A stretch of DNA of 64,000 bases, taken from assembly GCF_009914755.1 (NCBI RefSeq), contig NC_060930.1. One strand, given 5' to 3'. Shown here piece after piece: positions 1 to 16,458 of the stretch. Each line of letters begins with the position of its first letter. Within the stretch, counting starts at the first letter, position 1. The notes below the pieces were generated by a model. That model saw only the letters and a program-made list of their open reading frames with translations. It was not told the origin of the DNA and searched no databases. Both the position numbers and the translations under genes were made by a program. This DNA is from the human T2T-CHM13v2.0 reference genome, Homo sapiens.

Positions 1-1047
1 GGGAAGTGAGTAGAAACTTCCCAGCTGCTGCTGTCTAACTGGTTCTCTGAAGGGATGAGAATGCTTTCATCCCTGAGGTGGTGACAGCAAGCTGTTCTGC
101 AAGGTCGCCGTGTGTATTCTCCATCGGGAACGTGCAGTGGCCAGGCTGCCCTGGGGAGGGCGCCCTTGCCCTGCACATGCCACTGCTCCAGTGCGTCTGT
201 CCTGGGAGGGGAACTCACTGGGATGTCAGATGAGGGCCAGTTTAGTATTTTTTTTTTTTTTGCAAGGGTAGTTTGAGCATTTCAAACCAAGAAGTGACAC
301 AGACAATTAGATATAGCGGGAGAAATGATGGCACAGATTATTTACAATCCCCCTTTTCTAGGCAGTTTATACTCTGGATAATTTTACGCTAAAGATAAAA
401 CCTGCCTGTTTTGCCAACCTCTACACAGAGTAAGTGCCAAAGAACAAAATCTTTCTGAGTTTATGCAAAGTAAGAACTCAGCTGCTTGTTCTTCTATGCT
501 CCACTGCTAAAGGACCTCATAAAATTCAACTACTGGTGACTGGAAATGCCATTGTTCTAGAGTTTTCAAAATGCTGACTCATATAAATGCCACTCTCAAA
601 GTATACATAAATGTGCAGATCAGTTTCTTTTCTGAGTACCTTACTATCCTCATGGCTTTAGTTAGAGATCATTTCCTAGGCCTGTCTGAGTGTGGCAGTT
701 ACTGTATTACTAAATAGCTGTAGAACTCAAGGATGGTTAGGAGAATCCGAAATGCTATTCTAGAAAGAACTGTTACATTATGTAGGCAATATAACAAGAC
801 CTTTAATCTTGACATAAACTGCAAATTATAGTTTCAAATATTGCTTCTTTTTTGAATTCTTTTTAGAGTCAAGCATGAAGAAGGGTCAGGGAAAGATTAT
901 TATCTAATTTAATGTCAGCCAAGCTGGCATCTCTTGATGCTAAAGAAGCCCTTTCAAAACAGCACAGCATAACTTACAAAAATGGTAAAGAGTTTCCCCC
1001 TCCACACTTTATAAGCAAATTTCCTGCAAGTAAAAGGGAAACACGAA

Positions 1048-1070
1048 TGGAAGCAGAAATGGAGTTTATT
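1048..1070 (-). terminator. Candidate intronic polyadenylation site in LYRM4 intron 2
   Basis: Minus strand AATAAA (1070-1065), CA 16-17 nt downstream (1049-1048), then U/GU-rich TTCGTGTTTCCCTTTT. Confidence 0.45.
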
Positions 1071-1826
1071 GCGTGATTGCTGCTAAGTCAAAGAAAAACA
1101 GTGAAAAGGGTGTTTTTTAGAGAGCAAGAAAACCCATCAGTGGACGGTGACTTTAACCTCTGACGTTCTAATTACTCTTGCGGATGTTATCAGACCACGC
1201 AGGAGATCATGCCGCTGCACATGCTCCACCCACCTCATGAGAATGAGAAAAGGAAGCACAAGTCAAGGTGATCCTTGGCACTTCCACAAAACGAAAACTA
1301 ACACACCCTCCAGGTTCCTTTATGGGGTCAGCACCCAAGCAGCTGTACTTTACACCATCTGCACCTGCAGATGCACCTCCCATGTGGCAACGTAATTCAG
1401 GTTCACCACCCACAATGGTGTCTTCAAGAAAAGGGCCACGTTCTGTTTATCCTGAATTATGATTAAAAATACTAGGAAAGGGAGAATATATTTATACTCT
1501 GAAATATATCCAAGTACACATGTGCGATACATCTTACAAAAACTTAGCTTTCAAAAAAATTAATGCAGAAGTTTCTCATACTTAAAAGTATCAGCTTTCC
1601 AGAAGGATACACTCCCTGGAAATTCCGGAAAGCTGGTATTTTAAGTTCAACTTGAATCTGAAAATATGAGAGTTCACCTTTACATGTCTGTATTAGTACA
1701 AGGAACAGAGTTTCATGATCCTGCTCTGTAAATCACCAACACCAAAAGCACGGCTGTCTAATCAAGGGGAATATGTCGAAGTTTAAAGCTCTTAATGAAA
1801 AACAGTACATCATTGAACCATCTTAC

Positions 1827-1947
1827 CTGTCGACGAATTACTCCAAGGTCTCTCTTGGCTTTATTCACTAGGGTTTGAATTTCTACAGGATCCTTTACAT
1901 TTTTATTTTCTCTGAAGGCATCTCTTATCCTCCTGACAGCATATGTT
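1827..1947 (-). CDS. LYRM4: LYRM4 coding exon 2, codons 29-69 (121 nt): (R)[40 protein letters not shown]
   Basis: Acceptor ttttcttttttttcctctgaattcatttag|A, branch-like CACTGAC (A at 1982) and donor CAG|GTAAGA. Phase matches exon 1 (AG+A = Arg29). Translation matches ISD11 including Phe40 and Arg68. Exon 3 is not seen in the window. Confidence 0.98.
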
Positions 1948-2297
1948 CTAAATGAATTCAGAGGAAAAAAAAGAAAAGGTGTCAGTGTGTCTGAGGCTAT
2001 GCTTTCAAATGAATTTTAAAGTTTTTCCTTTAGAATTAACTGTTTAATCTTCCCCTACGGATAATCCACTTTGATCTTTGCTCGTGGCGCAGGCTGATCC
2101 ACTACCATTCTGGGATGACTAAGCAAACAGATTTAGGAAAATAAATCTACTCAACAAGTCACATACAAATGGCAAACTGCTACTGAAGTGTTCCTTAGAT
2201 TATTGGTTCTTTAGCCTTATTCACATCTGGCTTCATTCCATTTACATGGATAATTGAACCTTTAGTGTACAGAGACAAATCAAGAACTCAGAGGTTA

Positions 2298-2378
2298 GCG
2301 GCAGTGAACCATGATGGTGCTACTGCACTTCAGCCTGGGCGACAATGCGAGACCCTGTCTTAAAAGAAAGGAAGAAAA
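2298..2378 (+). mobile_element. Severely 5'-truncated Alu (J-like 3' end)
   Basis: GCAGTGAACCATGATGG...CAGCCTGGGCGACA plus A-tail; TSD TCAGAGGTTA. Confidence 0.8.
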
Positions 2379-3124
2379 AATTCAGAGGTTACATGACGAT
2401 CGTATTTGCATGTACCCAGATAGTGACCTATGCTTTCCAGTCCTTGTCCCATATTCTGGCTCTCACTTCCCTTTCTGTTGTCCACATTAGGATCCCACCA
2501 CAGTTGAACCTGTGGAATTAGGCCAACACGCTTTCTTTACCTCCATCTTGAAAGTGCACACGCCTACCACCCACCCCCAACCAGACAGCTCACTTGCAGT
2601 ACAGGACAGCAGTTCCAGAGCAAGGCTTGCCCATCGGACAGGCTTGGGTTTGTAGCCTTGCTCCAGCTTCTACTGTTTGTGTGAACTTGGGCAAGCTTCT
2701 TAACACAAGGCCGTGTCTCCTCATCTGTCAAAAAGGCATAATACTGCTAAAGGCTGCTGGGAGGACTAGGCTTTATAATGTGTGTCTGGAATTTGGCCCA
2801 AAGCCTGTTACATAGAAAGACTCAATAAATGAAAGCTATTCTTCTTAACACTTGTTATGCCTTAATGCAATTACTGTTCCCTCTCCTCATGCCATAACCT
2901 TGCCTTCATCCTGCATCCTTACAGTCACACCATAGTGTGTGTACAGAAGGTAGAGTGGTGTGGATAATTAGCCACAACAGACAGCTCAGCAGTCCTTAGA
3001 CACAGCCTCATACTCAGATGGCTATGGCCTATCTCTAGCTCTACCCCAACTACTCCAGATTGAAAGGCATAAGACTAAGGAGAAGCAGACTGAGCCAGGC
3101 ATGTGAGACACCATTTTCTCTATG

Positions 3125-3414
3125 TTTTTTTTTTCTTTTTTAGAGATGGGGTGTCCCTCTGTTGCCCAGGCAGTGTCATGATCATAGCTCACTGCAATTG
3201 CAAACTCCTGGGCTCAAGTGATCCTCCTGCCTCAGCCTCCAAAGTGGCCAGGATTATAAGCACCCACCACCACGCCTGGCTAATTAAAAAAAATTTTGGG
3301 GGATGGGGACTTGCTGCGTTGCCCAGGCTGGTCTTAAACTCCTGGGCTCAAGCTATCCTCCTGCCTTAGCATCTCAAGGAGCTAGGATTACAAGCACACA
3401 CCACAGTGCCTGGC
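3125..3414 (-). mobile_element. AluJ
   Basis: Diverged dimeric Alu with J-type CTGGGCTCAAG motifs. Confidence 0.88.
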
Positions 3415-6047
3415 TCTCTCGTCTTCTTAATGATCACAGACTGCTCTGCTTTTAACTTGGAGCACCGGTTAAAGAATCCATGTGATGCCAGTAGTAATAT
3501 TTAGCAACAGAAGAATGGAAATACAGGCAAAGAAATGAGAGGAGGGGATATAAATTTCCTTGGGAGCAGCGCGGAGGGGGTGTTGGGAGCTCATATAACT
3601 TATTGGGAAACTTTATCTTAAAAAGGACAAATTGTTTTAGATAAAGTTTTTTAAAGTAAAAAGGCATTTTACATTAAAAAATTCAAATGTCAGGTCTATT
3701 TGCATTTAAAAGCAAGAGTAAAACTAAATCTTATGATACTAGGAATCATAAAGGAGAAGGGAAGAGTTTAGGAACCGGTACTTAGAATGTAAGACACTGC
3801 TGAGACTTTGATCTTAACCCTCTGTGAACCAGCTGGAGTATTTCAGAGGAGCTGCTGAGCGCTCAGTATCAATCCTAAAGGGCTACAGCGATTGGGCATG
3901 GAATCCATGTACTAGCAGCTGCTAAATAACTGGGGCTCATTCACTTCTAAAGGGATATGGGAGGATTTTACAAATGGAATACATCAGATACAGACTCTCC
4001 TCAGGTGCAGCTGCTAATCTAACAAGATTTTAGATAGCAGCTAGGTAAATTAACAGCAATTTCTGGCACTTTCTTGCATAGCCTAATGGCTATTTATAAA
4101 ACACAGCATCACTGTTCTTCTTGACAACCACATACTCCTCCAAAGCAGTTTCTTTTTTGGCAATGATGGCAGCAAAGAGGGGACAAAATAATTTAATTCT
4201 AATATTTGTTCCACAGGCAAAATTGGTTTATAACATGAATTTACCTCCAGGAATCATCTATTGTTTAAATTTTTCATTTCGTATGCTGCATGGGCTTCTT
4301 GGAAAAACAAAATGGGCAACAGTAGCTATTGCTAAACTCATTTTTCTAAAAGCTAGTAACTAGCTTAGAATAGCTAGGAAAAAAGGAGTACTGTTTGGAA
4401 TGTAAAGACCTAAGGTCTTCCAAAGTTTAAGGAAATGAGAAAATAGCTTAAAACACTCAACAATTTATATCAACTGAGCTCAAGGCCCAGGGTCAGGATA
4501 TTCTGCTATGTATACTTGTTTGTCTCCCCAGCTCTCCAAAGTCCTTACCTAAAGAAAAGCAGCTCTAGATCTTGGAATTAAATGTGTCTAAAGCAATCAA
4601 GAGTCATGATTCAAATTTTCGATGCACTTTCGAGATGAATGCTGTAATGGTTCCCTCCTCTCTTTCCTGCTCTTTCTGCCTCACTTAAAGCACCCAGTGT
4701 TATTCTTCGCCCTAAGGGAAAATATTTCACTGGCTCAGAACCACAAAACTACTACTGCATGAAGAGTTTCTTCCTTAGTTGTAAGAATTCTTATTTCGAA
4801 TGATCACAGCTTTGTGAAAGTCATCAAAAATCTGAGTGAATCTTCAAATTTGGTGGGAGGGGGCTAATCACCAGTTATTTCAATCCTGGCCCTGCCCTGG
4901 TTTTTATCATTTGCTTTTTTTTTTTTCTTTTTTCTTTGCTTTTCTTTTTTGCAGATTCTGGCTATCAGCCTCTTGACCATACCACTGAGCAAGAATATTT
5001 CAAAGAAAAATTTGCAGAAGTTGCTGTGAAAATGGCAGCTAGGTGCTACACAATGCTGTGCATTAGGATGATCCTAATGAGTCAGACGCTGTCTGAAATA
5101 CGGCATGAAAAACTAACGCAGAAAGGGCAACACAACCAAATACAAAGCAGCAGCCCCACAGCCACAGAAACAGTGAGGTGATGATGCTCGCACACACACT
5201 GCCCTTTCCACTCTCCTGAAGCTTGGCAGTTTCTTGGTGCTTCTTTGCACAGGAGACTCCCATTTGGCTTTCCTTCTCCACCCCAGCCTTTGCTCTTCAT
5301 TCTGTCATTAGATCTCAAGTGCCCACAGGTTCTTTTTACCATTGCAAGGATTATACTCTTTTCTGAGATTCTTCCACTCAAAACTCCAATTTCCCTGTTG
5401 CACAGCAGGCAGTAACGAAAGCTCTTCAGTGCTTGAGGTTCTGCTTTACTCTGTCCCCTCCCAGAAACACCAAATGCAGCCATAATCACAGCCTCTGAGC
5501 ACTTGGAGGCTCATATCAGCTTTAGCATCCAATGTGTGATGTGGAAACCACCTAATGTAATGCCTTTCATTTCTGTCATCTTCATCAGCATCTCAAGTGC
5601 TGGTTTCTCTGTGTACCTATCCTATAAACACATCTGTGCCTTTTCTTGGTCCTCTGTAACCTGAACTCAAGTATCCTAGGAACAATAAAAGCTGAATCCT
5701 TTCTACTGGCCTCTGTGGGGCAAACTCATCTACCTCCAATGACTTGGAAGGACACATCCTCCACCTACTTGCCTTAACTGAAATGTGCAAGAGGAAGCTG
5801 CTAAATTCTAGCATGTCCCCATATTCCACAGGGCCCAGAGGAGGGTGCTGGTGTATTCCGGGAGCCTGCTGCTGCTTTCAGATCACTGATTCACCCTTAT
5901 GCATCTTTGAGGTCATGCCATCTGACAATACTGTGTTGCATGCCTCCATGATACTGTTACTTGTTAATTTCTGGAGGTCAAGTCTTCATATTCAAGTCTT
6001 AATGTCTAAAGAGCACTCATTGCAATACACAGACCTCCAGTTTTAGG

Positions 6048-6335
6048 TTTCTTTTTTCAGAGACAGGGTTTCACTGTCACCCAGGCTGAAGTGCAATGGC
6101 CCTATTATAGCTCTCTGTAGCCTCAAACTCCTGGGCTCAAACGATCCTTCCGCCTCACCCTCCCAAGTAGCTGGGAATACAGCAGCATGCCACCATGACC
6201 TGCTAATTTTCATTTTGTAGAGAGAGGGTGTCACTATGCTGCCCAGGCTGGTCTCAAACTCCTGACTTCCAGTGATCCTCTTGCCTTGGCCTCTCAAAGT
6301 GCTGGGATTACAGGTGTGAGCCACTATATCTGGCC
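6048..6335 (-). mobile_element. AluJ
   Basis: Diverged dimeric Alu. Confidence 0.88.
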
Positions 6336-6621
6336 TAGCTACTCCTTCCCAAGCTCCTTTGTGGGCTCATCTCATTCTGCTGCCCCTTACATGCTGTATT
6401 CTCTAGGGCACATATGTGAACCATTTTTCTTATTCATAAGATCTCTGCCAGTAATTGCATCTGTCAAAGGTTTCACCTGCCATATAGATGCCATTGGCTA
6501 CCAATATTTCTCTAGTCCAGACCTTCCTTCTGAGGTCCAAATCCATATACCCAATTGCCTTTTGCACTTGTCAACTAAAATATAGACTCTTCCAGTGAAT
6601 ACATTCAAAACCGAAGTGCCT

Positions 6622-6925
6622 GGCTGGGTGCGGTGGCTCATGCCTGTAATCTCAGCACTCTGGGAGGCCAAGGCGGGTGGATCACGAGGTCAGGAGTTTG
6701 AGACCAGCCTGGTCAACATGGTGAAACCCTGTCTCTACTAAAAATACAAAAATTAGCTGGGTGCGGTGGCACATGTCTGTAATCCCAGCTACCTGGGAGG
6801 CTGAGACAGGAGAACTGCTTGAACCCGGAGGCGGAAGTTGCAGTGAGCCAAGATCGCGCCACTGCACTCCAGCCTGGGCTACAGGGCAAGACAATGTCTC
6901 AAGAACAAACAAACAAACAAACAAA
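6622..6925 (+). mobile_element. AluS with (AAAC)n tail
   Basis: Full-length; TSD AAAACC(T)GAAGTGC. Confidence 0.92.
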
Positions 6926-9419
6926 AACCTGAAGTGCTCATGATGACCAATACTTCCTTCCTCAGGTAGGAGAATCTTCATGCAGTCAACTGCCCAAGTC
7001 AAATACTTAGAGACTCATCCTAAATTCTTTCCTTTCCCAGAACTCCCTATATGCAACCAATCACAAATCTTCCAATCGTAACTTTCCACATCCCTTCTGA
7101 ATCACCTCTACTTCTCCAACTCCTCAGCCCCAATCTTGGTTCAGGCTCTTCTCTCTCGAAGTTATTTAACATCCTTGGGGTTATGGTGTGTGTATGTGTG
7201 TAGTGTATAATCAAATGGATCACGATGCCTATGGAGAGGAAGCTCAAGGATCATTTGAAGGTCACACGGACTCTGGGTATATAACAGAGTGAAGAAGAGC
7301 AGAAAGTTTCTTTCTGATAATGTGAGCTCCTGGTACAATGTAAGCCCCACATAGCAGGAACTTTAATCTTTCTGGCTCACCACTGTATGTGTCTGGTACA
7401 GAGAAGATATTCAATACATGTTTAATGAATAAATGAGCTTATCAAAATATCATAGGCAATATCAAAAAGACCTTCAAGAAAAGTACCAATAACCAATAAT
7501 GAAAACAAAACAATGAAAAAAGGGTTTGCAGCAAAAAGATTCAAACAACTTTTAGAAGGCAATGATTACAAAATTCAAAATTACAATTTATTCAAGAAAT
7601 ACATACTAAATGCCTACTATATAAGCATTATGCCAGGAGCTGGGAATACAGTGGAGAATAACTAGGGTACTGGTCTCAGGTTCGGTGGGTGACAAGATCT
7701 GTAGATAAAGAGATGAAATAAGAAACAGAAGCCATTCCAAGTTAACACAAAGGGCCCAAGGGGACTGGTTTGAGGTAATGGAGTGGTCCTTCTCTTGAAT
7801 GGGGCGGTGTTTTCACATGCCCTTAGGTTTGTCAAATCATTGAACTGTACCCTTAAAATGGATGCACTTGATTGTATGTAAATTATTCCTCAGTAAGATG
7901 ACTATTAAAGTAAATTAAAAAAAAGTATAGAAGTTATATTACATTTGCCCACTTTTAAGAAAAGCAAAACAAGAAAAAAAAAAAAAAGAAAGATTAGAAT
8001 GCTAGAGAATATGTACATGGCTGACAGAAGCAATAACACTGAATTAAAGAAAACAAGACAAACTAGAAATTCAAATCTAAAGCATGGAAAAATTAAATAC
8101 GTTGGTGAGAAATATGTAAGAAAAAAATTAACCTTCAGAATAGGGCAAAGGTGTATAACCTATGAATAATAAGTGTGAACAAACTGAACTGCATGGGTAA
8201 TTAAATTTATAATGGAAGGAAATGTCCCAGAAGTGATTATAAAAAATTGAGAAGACTCATCGTTGAAATTTAACAACCAGAGGACAATGCCAAGATATCT
8301 ACTTATAAAACCCTGGACTCCAAGGTTAAGAGAAAGAATACTTTAAGGACAAAGAAAGAATTTTAAGCAGTTAATATCAAATGGAATACAGATAAGCACA
8401 TCCTCAGATACCTATTTTCAAATCTTCAAAGAAAAGGGCTGCTTTCCACAGTCATTTGCATTGCTGTTTTGAGGGTACAATAGGATAACAAAAGAATATC
8501 ATCAATTTCTGATACACATGCCAAGCACAGAGTAGTGTGCTAAGTACTTGATACATATTGATCTCATTTAATCCTCACAAACTACAACTCAGAGAGATTT
8601 CAAAAATGTAGGCCAAGATCGCATGTCTCGTAAGTGGCAGAGCTGGGTTCTGAACCCAGTTGACTCTAGAGCCTGTGATTTTCAACCCTAGGCTATTCCT
8701 CCTCCACAGGTCGATAAGCCCTATCCAATCTTTGTTAAGTACTTGGTATAAAGCCGAGTGGTTGTCCATTTGAAGAGGCATTAAAAAAAATTGTCTCTGG
8801 CATCACAAAGCTTAAAAAGGTCATCTAACTTTTCAACTCTGCTTCAAGTGTTCCTATAAATAGTTCAGCGCCAAACATGTCTTAAGAAAAGACAAATGGA
8901 CGAGAGCATTTCAAGGGAAAGAGCTATTAATAAAAGGACTAAGTGAAATAATTGAGTTTAATTGTTTTAAAAAGGAAGAGGGCAACCAATGGAGGCTCGT
9001 GGAGTGGCAGGTGAAATTACCATGAGAAAATCCATTTTGGAGATCAAAGCTTCGGGTTTTTGGGTAGTTGTGAATAAAACCTATTACACACTTCCCTGTT
9101 TAAAAATGCCTAATGGTTTTCCATTATCTTGAGATAACGGTCAACTGCATCGGCATGGATGGCCTACAGGACTCTCTGGATTCCTGCTCATCTCTCCCAC
9201 TCCACCTAGCAGCTTCCAGCAAGGACCACCAACTCCGGCCATCCTGGAAGACTTGCAGTCTCCCTGGTTTTCTCTCCTGGAGGCCTGCTATTTCTCCACA
9301 CATGGAGCGTCCTTTTCCAGCTGGATTCTTGGCTAACTCCTATTCATCTTTAAAGACCTAAGACAGTTAGAAACAAATATCACAAAATATTAATATCCTT
9401 AGAATACAAATAGCACATA

Positions 9420-11891
<2,472 letters not shown>

Positions 11892-12710
11892 CATTGTTAC
11901 GTTTTTAAAAGTGAAAGATACAATTTGATATTCGGGATGATCTCAATTATGGAAAATATATGTGTAGGAAAAATTAGAAGGAAATATGACAGCATGTTAA
12001 CAATAATTACTTTTGGTTATTGAAATTTATGCCTCCTAAATTACTACAATAACAGTTATTTCTTAATGATTTTAAAGTTCCTATTGATATAATAAAAATC
12101 AGTAATATACCACAATAAGGAAAAATCAGTAGTAGAGAGGGCTGAAATTGTGTGAGAAGAGAATGGGGAAGGGTATATACAATTAGATCTACGCATATAA
12201 GCAGGTGAGATATATGATGAGGAATTAAACCCTGGTGAAAAGAAGAGGGGTTGGATTAAGAAGTATTTAGTTGATAAAGACAACAGGCTCTATGAGTATA
12301 TTTTTAGACCGTTTATTTTGAGGCAACAATGGGACAAGGTAGACATGTCCAATAGGCTGCCAGAAATAAGGTTGTGGAGCTAAGGTGAGGAGGTTCAGAC
12401 TGTCGATAAACCTGAAAATAAGGGACAAGGAAGTGTGAGGCAACACCATGGGGTAAGAAGAGCTTGTTCCGATGAAAGCCATAGAATGGGAAGAGCCATT
12501 AGCCTTGGAAGGAGCCCTGGAGAAATCATACCAATATTTAAGAGCAGGCAGAGAAGGATCTATGAAAGGAGAGGGAGCAAGAAGGGTCAACGTAGAGGCA
12601 GGAAAGCCAGGATAATTCACAGGAGACAAGAAGGCAAATTGTACAGAGAGTAGATAAGATTGTTAGGATGTCAGTGATTTTTGCAAAAAACCCCACCAGC
12701 ATAGGAACAC

Positions 12711-13372
12711 CAGAAATAGGAATGCTTTTATACTGTTGGTAGGAGTGTAAATTAGTTCAACCATTGTGGAAATTCCCCAAGGAATTTGTGTGATTCCTCA
12801 AGGATCTAGAACCAGAAATACCATTTGACCCAGCAATCCCATTACTGGGTATATACCCAAAGGATTATAAATCATTCTACTATAAAGACACATGCACACG
12901 TATGTTTACTGCAGCAGTATTTACAATAGCAAAGACTTGGAACCAACCCAAATGCTCATCAGTGATAGGCTGGATAAGAAAATGTGGCACATTTACACCA
13001 CAGAATACTAAACAGTTATAAAAAAGAATGAGATCATGTCCTTTGCAGGGACATGGATGAAGCTGGAAACCATTATCCTCAGCAAACTAACACAGGAACA
13101 GAAAACCAAACACCACATGTTCGCACTCGTAAGTGGGAGCTGAACAATGAGAACACATGGACACAGGGAGGGGAACATCACACACCAGGACCTGTTGCGG
13201 GGTGGGGGGCTAGGAGAGGGAGAGCATGAGGACAAATACCTATTGCATGTGAAGCTTAAAACCTAGATGATGGGTTGATAGGTGCAGCAAACCACCATGG
13301 CACTTGTATACCCATGTAAGAAACCTGCACATGTATCCCAGAACTTAAAGTAAAACAAAACAAAACGAAAAA
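12711..13372 (+). mobile_element. 5'-truncated L1PA (approx. PA7-PA8) 3' end with (AAAAC)n tail
   Basis: L1 ORF2 end and 3' UTR sequence ending CAGAACTTAAAGTAAAA; flanking direct repeat CACCAGCATA. Confidence 0.9.
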
Positions 13373-13495
13373 ACACCAGCATATACCTATTGATCACAAT
13401 GTAGTAAATATGGCAGAAAAACCCCCTAAATTCATGGAGGTAGTCATAAATAATAATTGGACCTTGGAGGAAATTCATTACACAATAAGAAAGTC

Positions 13496-13792
<297 letters not shown>

Positions 13793-13933
13793 AAGAAAGT
13801 GTCTTTAAAATAATGAAAAAGATAATGCATAAAATCTTTGGAATATAGTCAAAGCCATATTTAGATGAAACTTAATGGTTTAAATATCTTTGTTAATAAT
13901 ACTAGCAAAGTTTAATAATTAAGAATATTTCCT

Positions 13934-14308
<375 letters not shown>

Positions 14309-16209
14309 TTAAAAATATTTGTTAAACAAGTTCAAAGTGAAAAAAGGTCAGTAGACACAGCTAAGACAATTTTGTTTTTTAACGTCGTGGCTCTTGGGTT
14401 ACACATCAGAAAAAACAATTTTAAGAAAAAAAGTGAAGAGGTTTGGAAGTTTGAGAAGAGCCTCGTTTTGGACAATCACTTTGGAAACAGTGTGGGCAGA
14501 CTCCAGAACTTGCCAAGCAAATGAAAAAGGCTGTTGAGGTTGGAAATGGCCAATGTGGTGGTACCAATTTGCCAAAGCGGGCGATTGTCTTCCAGCTGTG
14601 GTTGATGCCCAGGTGTAGTTATAGAAAAGGCAGACGTCTGATTACATCCACAGGTGCAGTTTTGACAGATGGGTGCAACATAAGGGCAAAGAGGGAGAGA
14701 AGAACTCTCTCCAGGGCTCAGTGGGTGGTGCAGAATTTCTTCCTCCACAGTTAGAAAATTCCCAAAGCCCCAGCTCCTGTGACTTAGGCTATCCTCTGAC
14801 TCAGCCCCCTAAGTAGGACTGAAGTCCTAATGTAAATGTCCAATAAAAACAGTCAGAGAAATTATGGTAAATCAACTGAAAGATATCTGTTGAGATAAAT
14901 ATGAAATTTATGTGCAAAAAAAGTATATTCAAAACAATATGACAGTTTCATATATCTGCAGGTTTTAAGAAAGGTTCTATGGGGTCTGTTGAAAGTAACA
15001 CTGTCTTAAAAAATCAATAAAATAATGGAAAGAAAGAAACATCACCATTCTATAGCAGATGCTCCTTTCAGTCTCTAGAGGAAAAGTTTAGGAGTATTTC
15101 TGCCCAGGCGTCCTTTCTGGTGCTTAATAACATTTAAGATCTTTGACCTATAATTTATCAAAATTAAACCCTATCACTTGGATTTATCCTCATAGCCACT
15201 GACATTTTGTTGCAAACAAGATTTTTTAAAACGTAAACCAATTTATCAAAGTAAAGGCCACCTATAAAATGAAACGTGTTTAGCTTGTCTGCAGTTAGGC
15301 ATGCAGATCAAGCAGCCGCGAGGTCTCTGGCTCCTTTTTTGTTGGGTTTTAGACGTGCCTATTTAGACAGTGCAATTTCCTGAAGGCTGAAGGCTGAGAA
15401 CTGGTGGCTGTAGCTAAGATCCACAGTTCCCTCTTGACATGCTCCTAAACTCAAAGATGACCACATGCTTCATTTGTGGAGTCCTGCAAACTACTTTTGT
15501 CAGGGGAAAAAACGCACTTTCCTCACATCTACATATCCTCTTATGAAACTGGTCATATTTCTTCTAAAAGTATCACTGTGACAGTATAGTCCCCATGTAT
15601 AAAAGCTCCATGTATATGGCAAAGATTTTCTGGCTTCTTTTTTCCCCCCACCTATCAGAATGAGCTTGATCTCATACCAGAAAAGCCAGCTCAAGCTTCC
15701 ATCAGGTATTAGGAGTTAAATATTAGACTACAGAACACAGTTTTCTAAATTTTATTTTAAAATTATAGTGTGAACCTGCCAATAATGTAAGACATAGCCT
15801 TTAAATTATTTAAAATTTATGGAGAATAACTACCTACGGTAGATCAATTAATTCTAGATTTTCCACTTTATGGGTGAAATAAAGCACAAACGATGAAAAT
15901 TCCTCTTGGTCATTAGATGTCTTCCTTAAAATTTCCTATGGAAATAGGAAATAGGAGTCAAATAAAATGACTTTCACTTTATCCTTTCCAACAGCTATTA
16001 GTCACTGGCAACAACACATGAGCAAGGAAGGAAGGAGAAAAGGGGACACGTATCAGTCATCTACCTTCTTCTGGACACGTCATCAAGGATGATGAACTCA
16101 GCACAAAAATGCAGAACAATTCTCCCTCCCCCTTCCTAAAATGTATGAAATGTCAGAATGTTTACTGGGCTATTCAGAAGGAAAAAAAGTCCATATAAAC
16201 ACATTTCAA

Positions 16210-16458
16210 GGCCAGGTGCGGTGGCTCACGCCTGTAATCCCAGCACTTTGTGAGGCTAAGGTAGATGGATCATTTGAGGTTAGGAGTTCGAGAACAGTCT
16301 GGCCAATGTGGTGAAACCGTGTATCTACTAAAAATACAAAAATTAGCTGGGCGTGGTGGCGGGCACCTATAATCCCAGCTACTGCACTCCGGTCTGGGCG
16401 ACAGAGTGAGACTGTCTCAAAAAAATAAAAAACCAAAAAAAACCCCACAAAAAACCCA
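16210..16458 (+). mobile_element. AluS with internal deletion in the right monomer
   Basis: CCCAGCTACT joins directly to GCACTCC; TSD ACATTTCA. Confidence 0.88.

Noticed and set aside
5082-6046. 135-aa and 100-aa ORFs as a processed pseudogene or small gene
   Set aside because: No recognisable homology, TSD or exon structure. A database search would be needed, so it is not called.
7900-9060. A-rich stretch resembling L1 ORF1/HAL1 relics
   Set aside because: Too degenerate to assign family or boundaries by eye.
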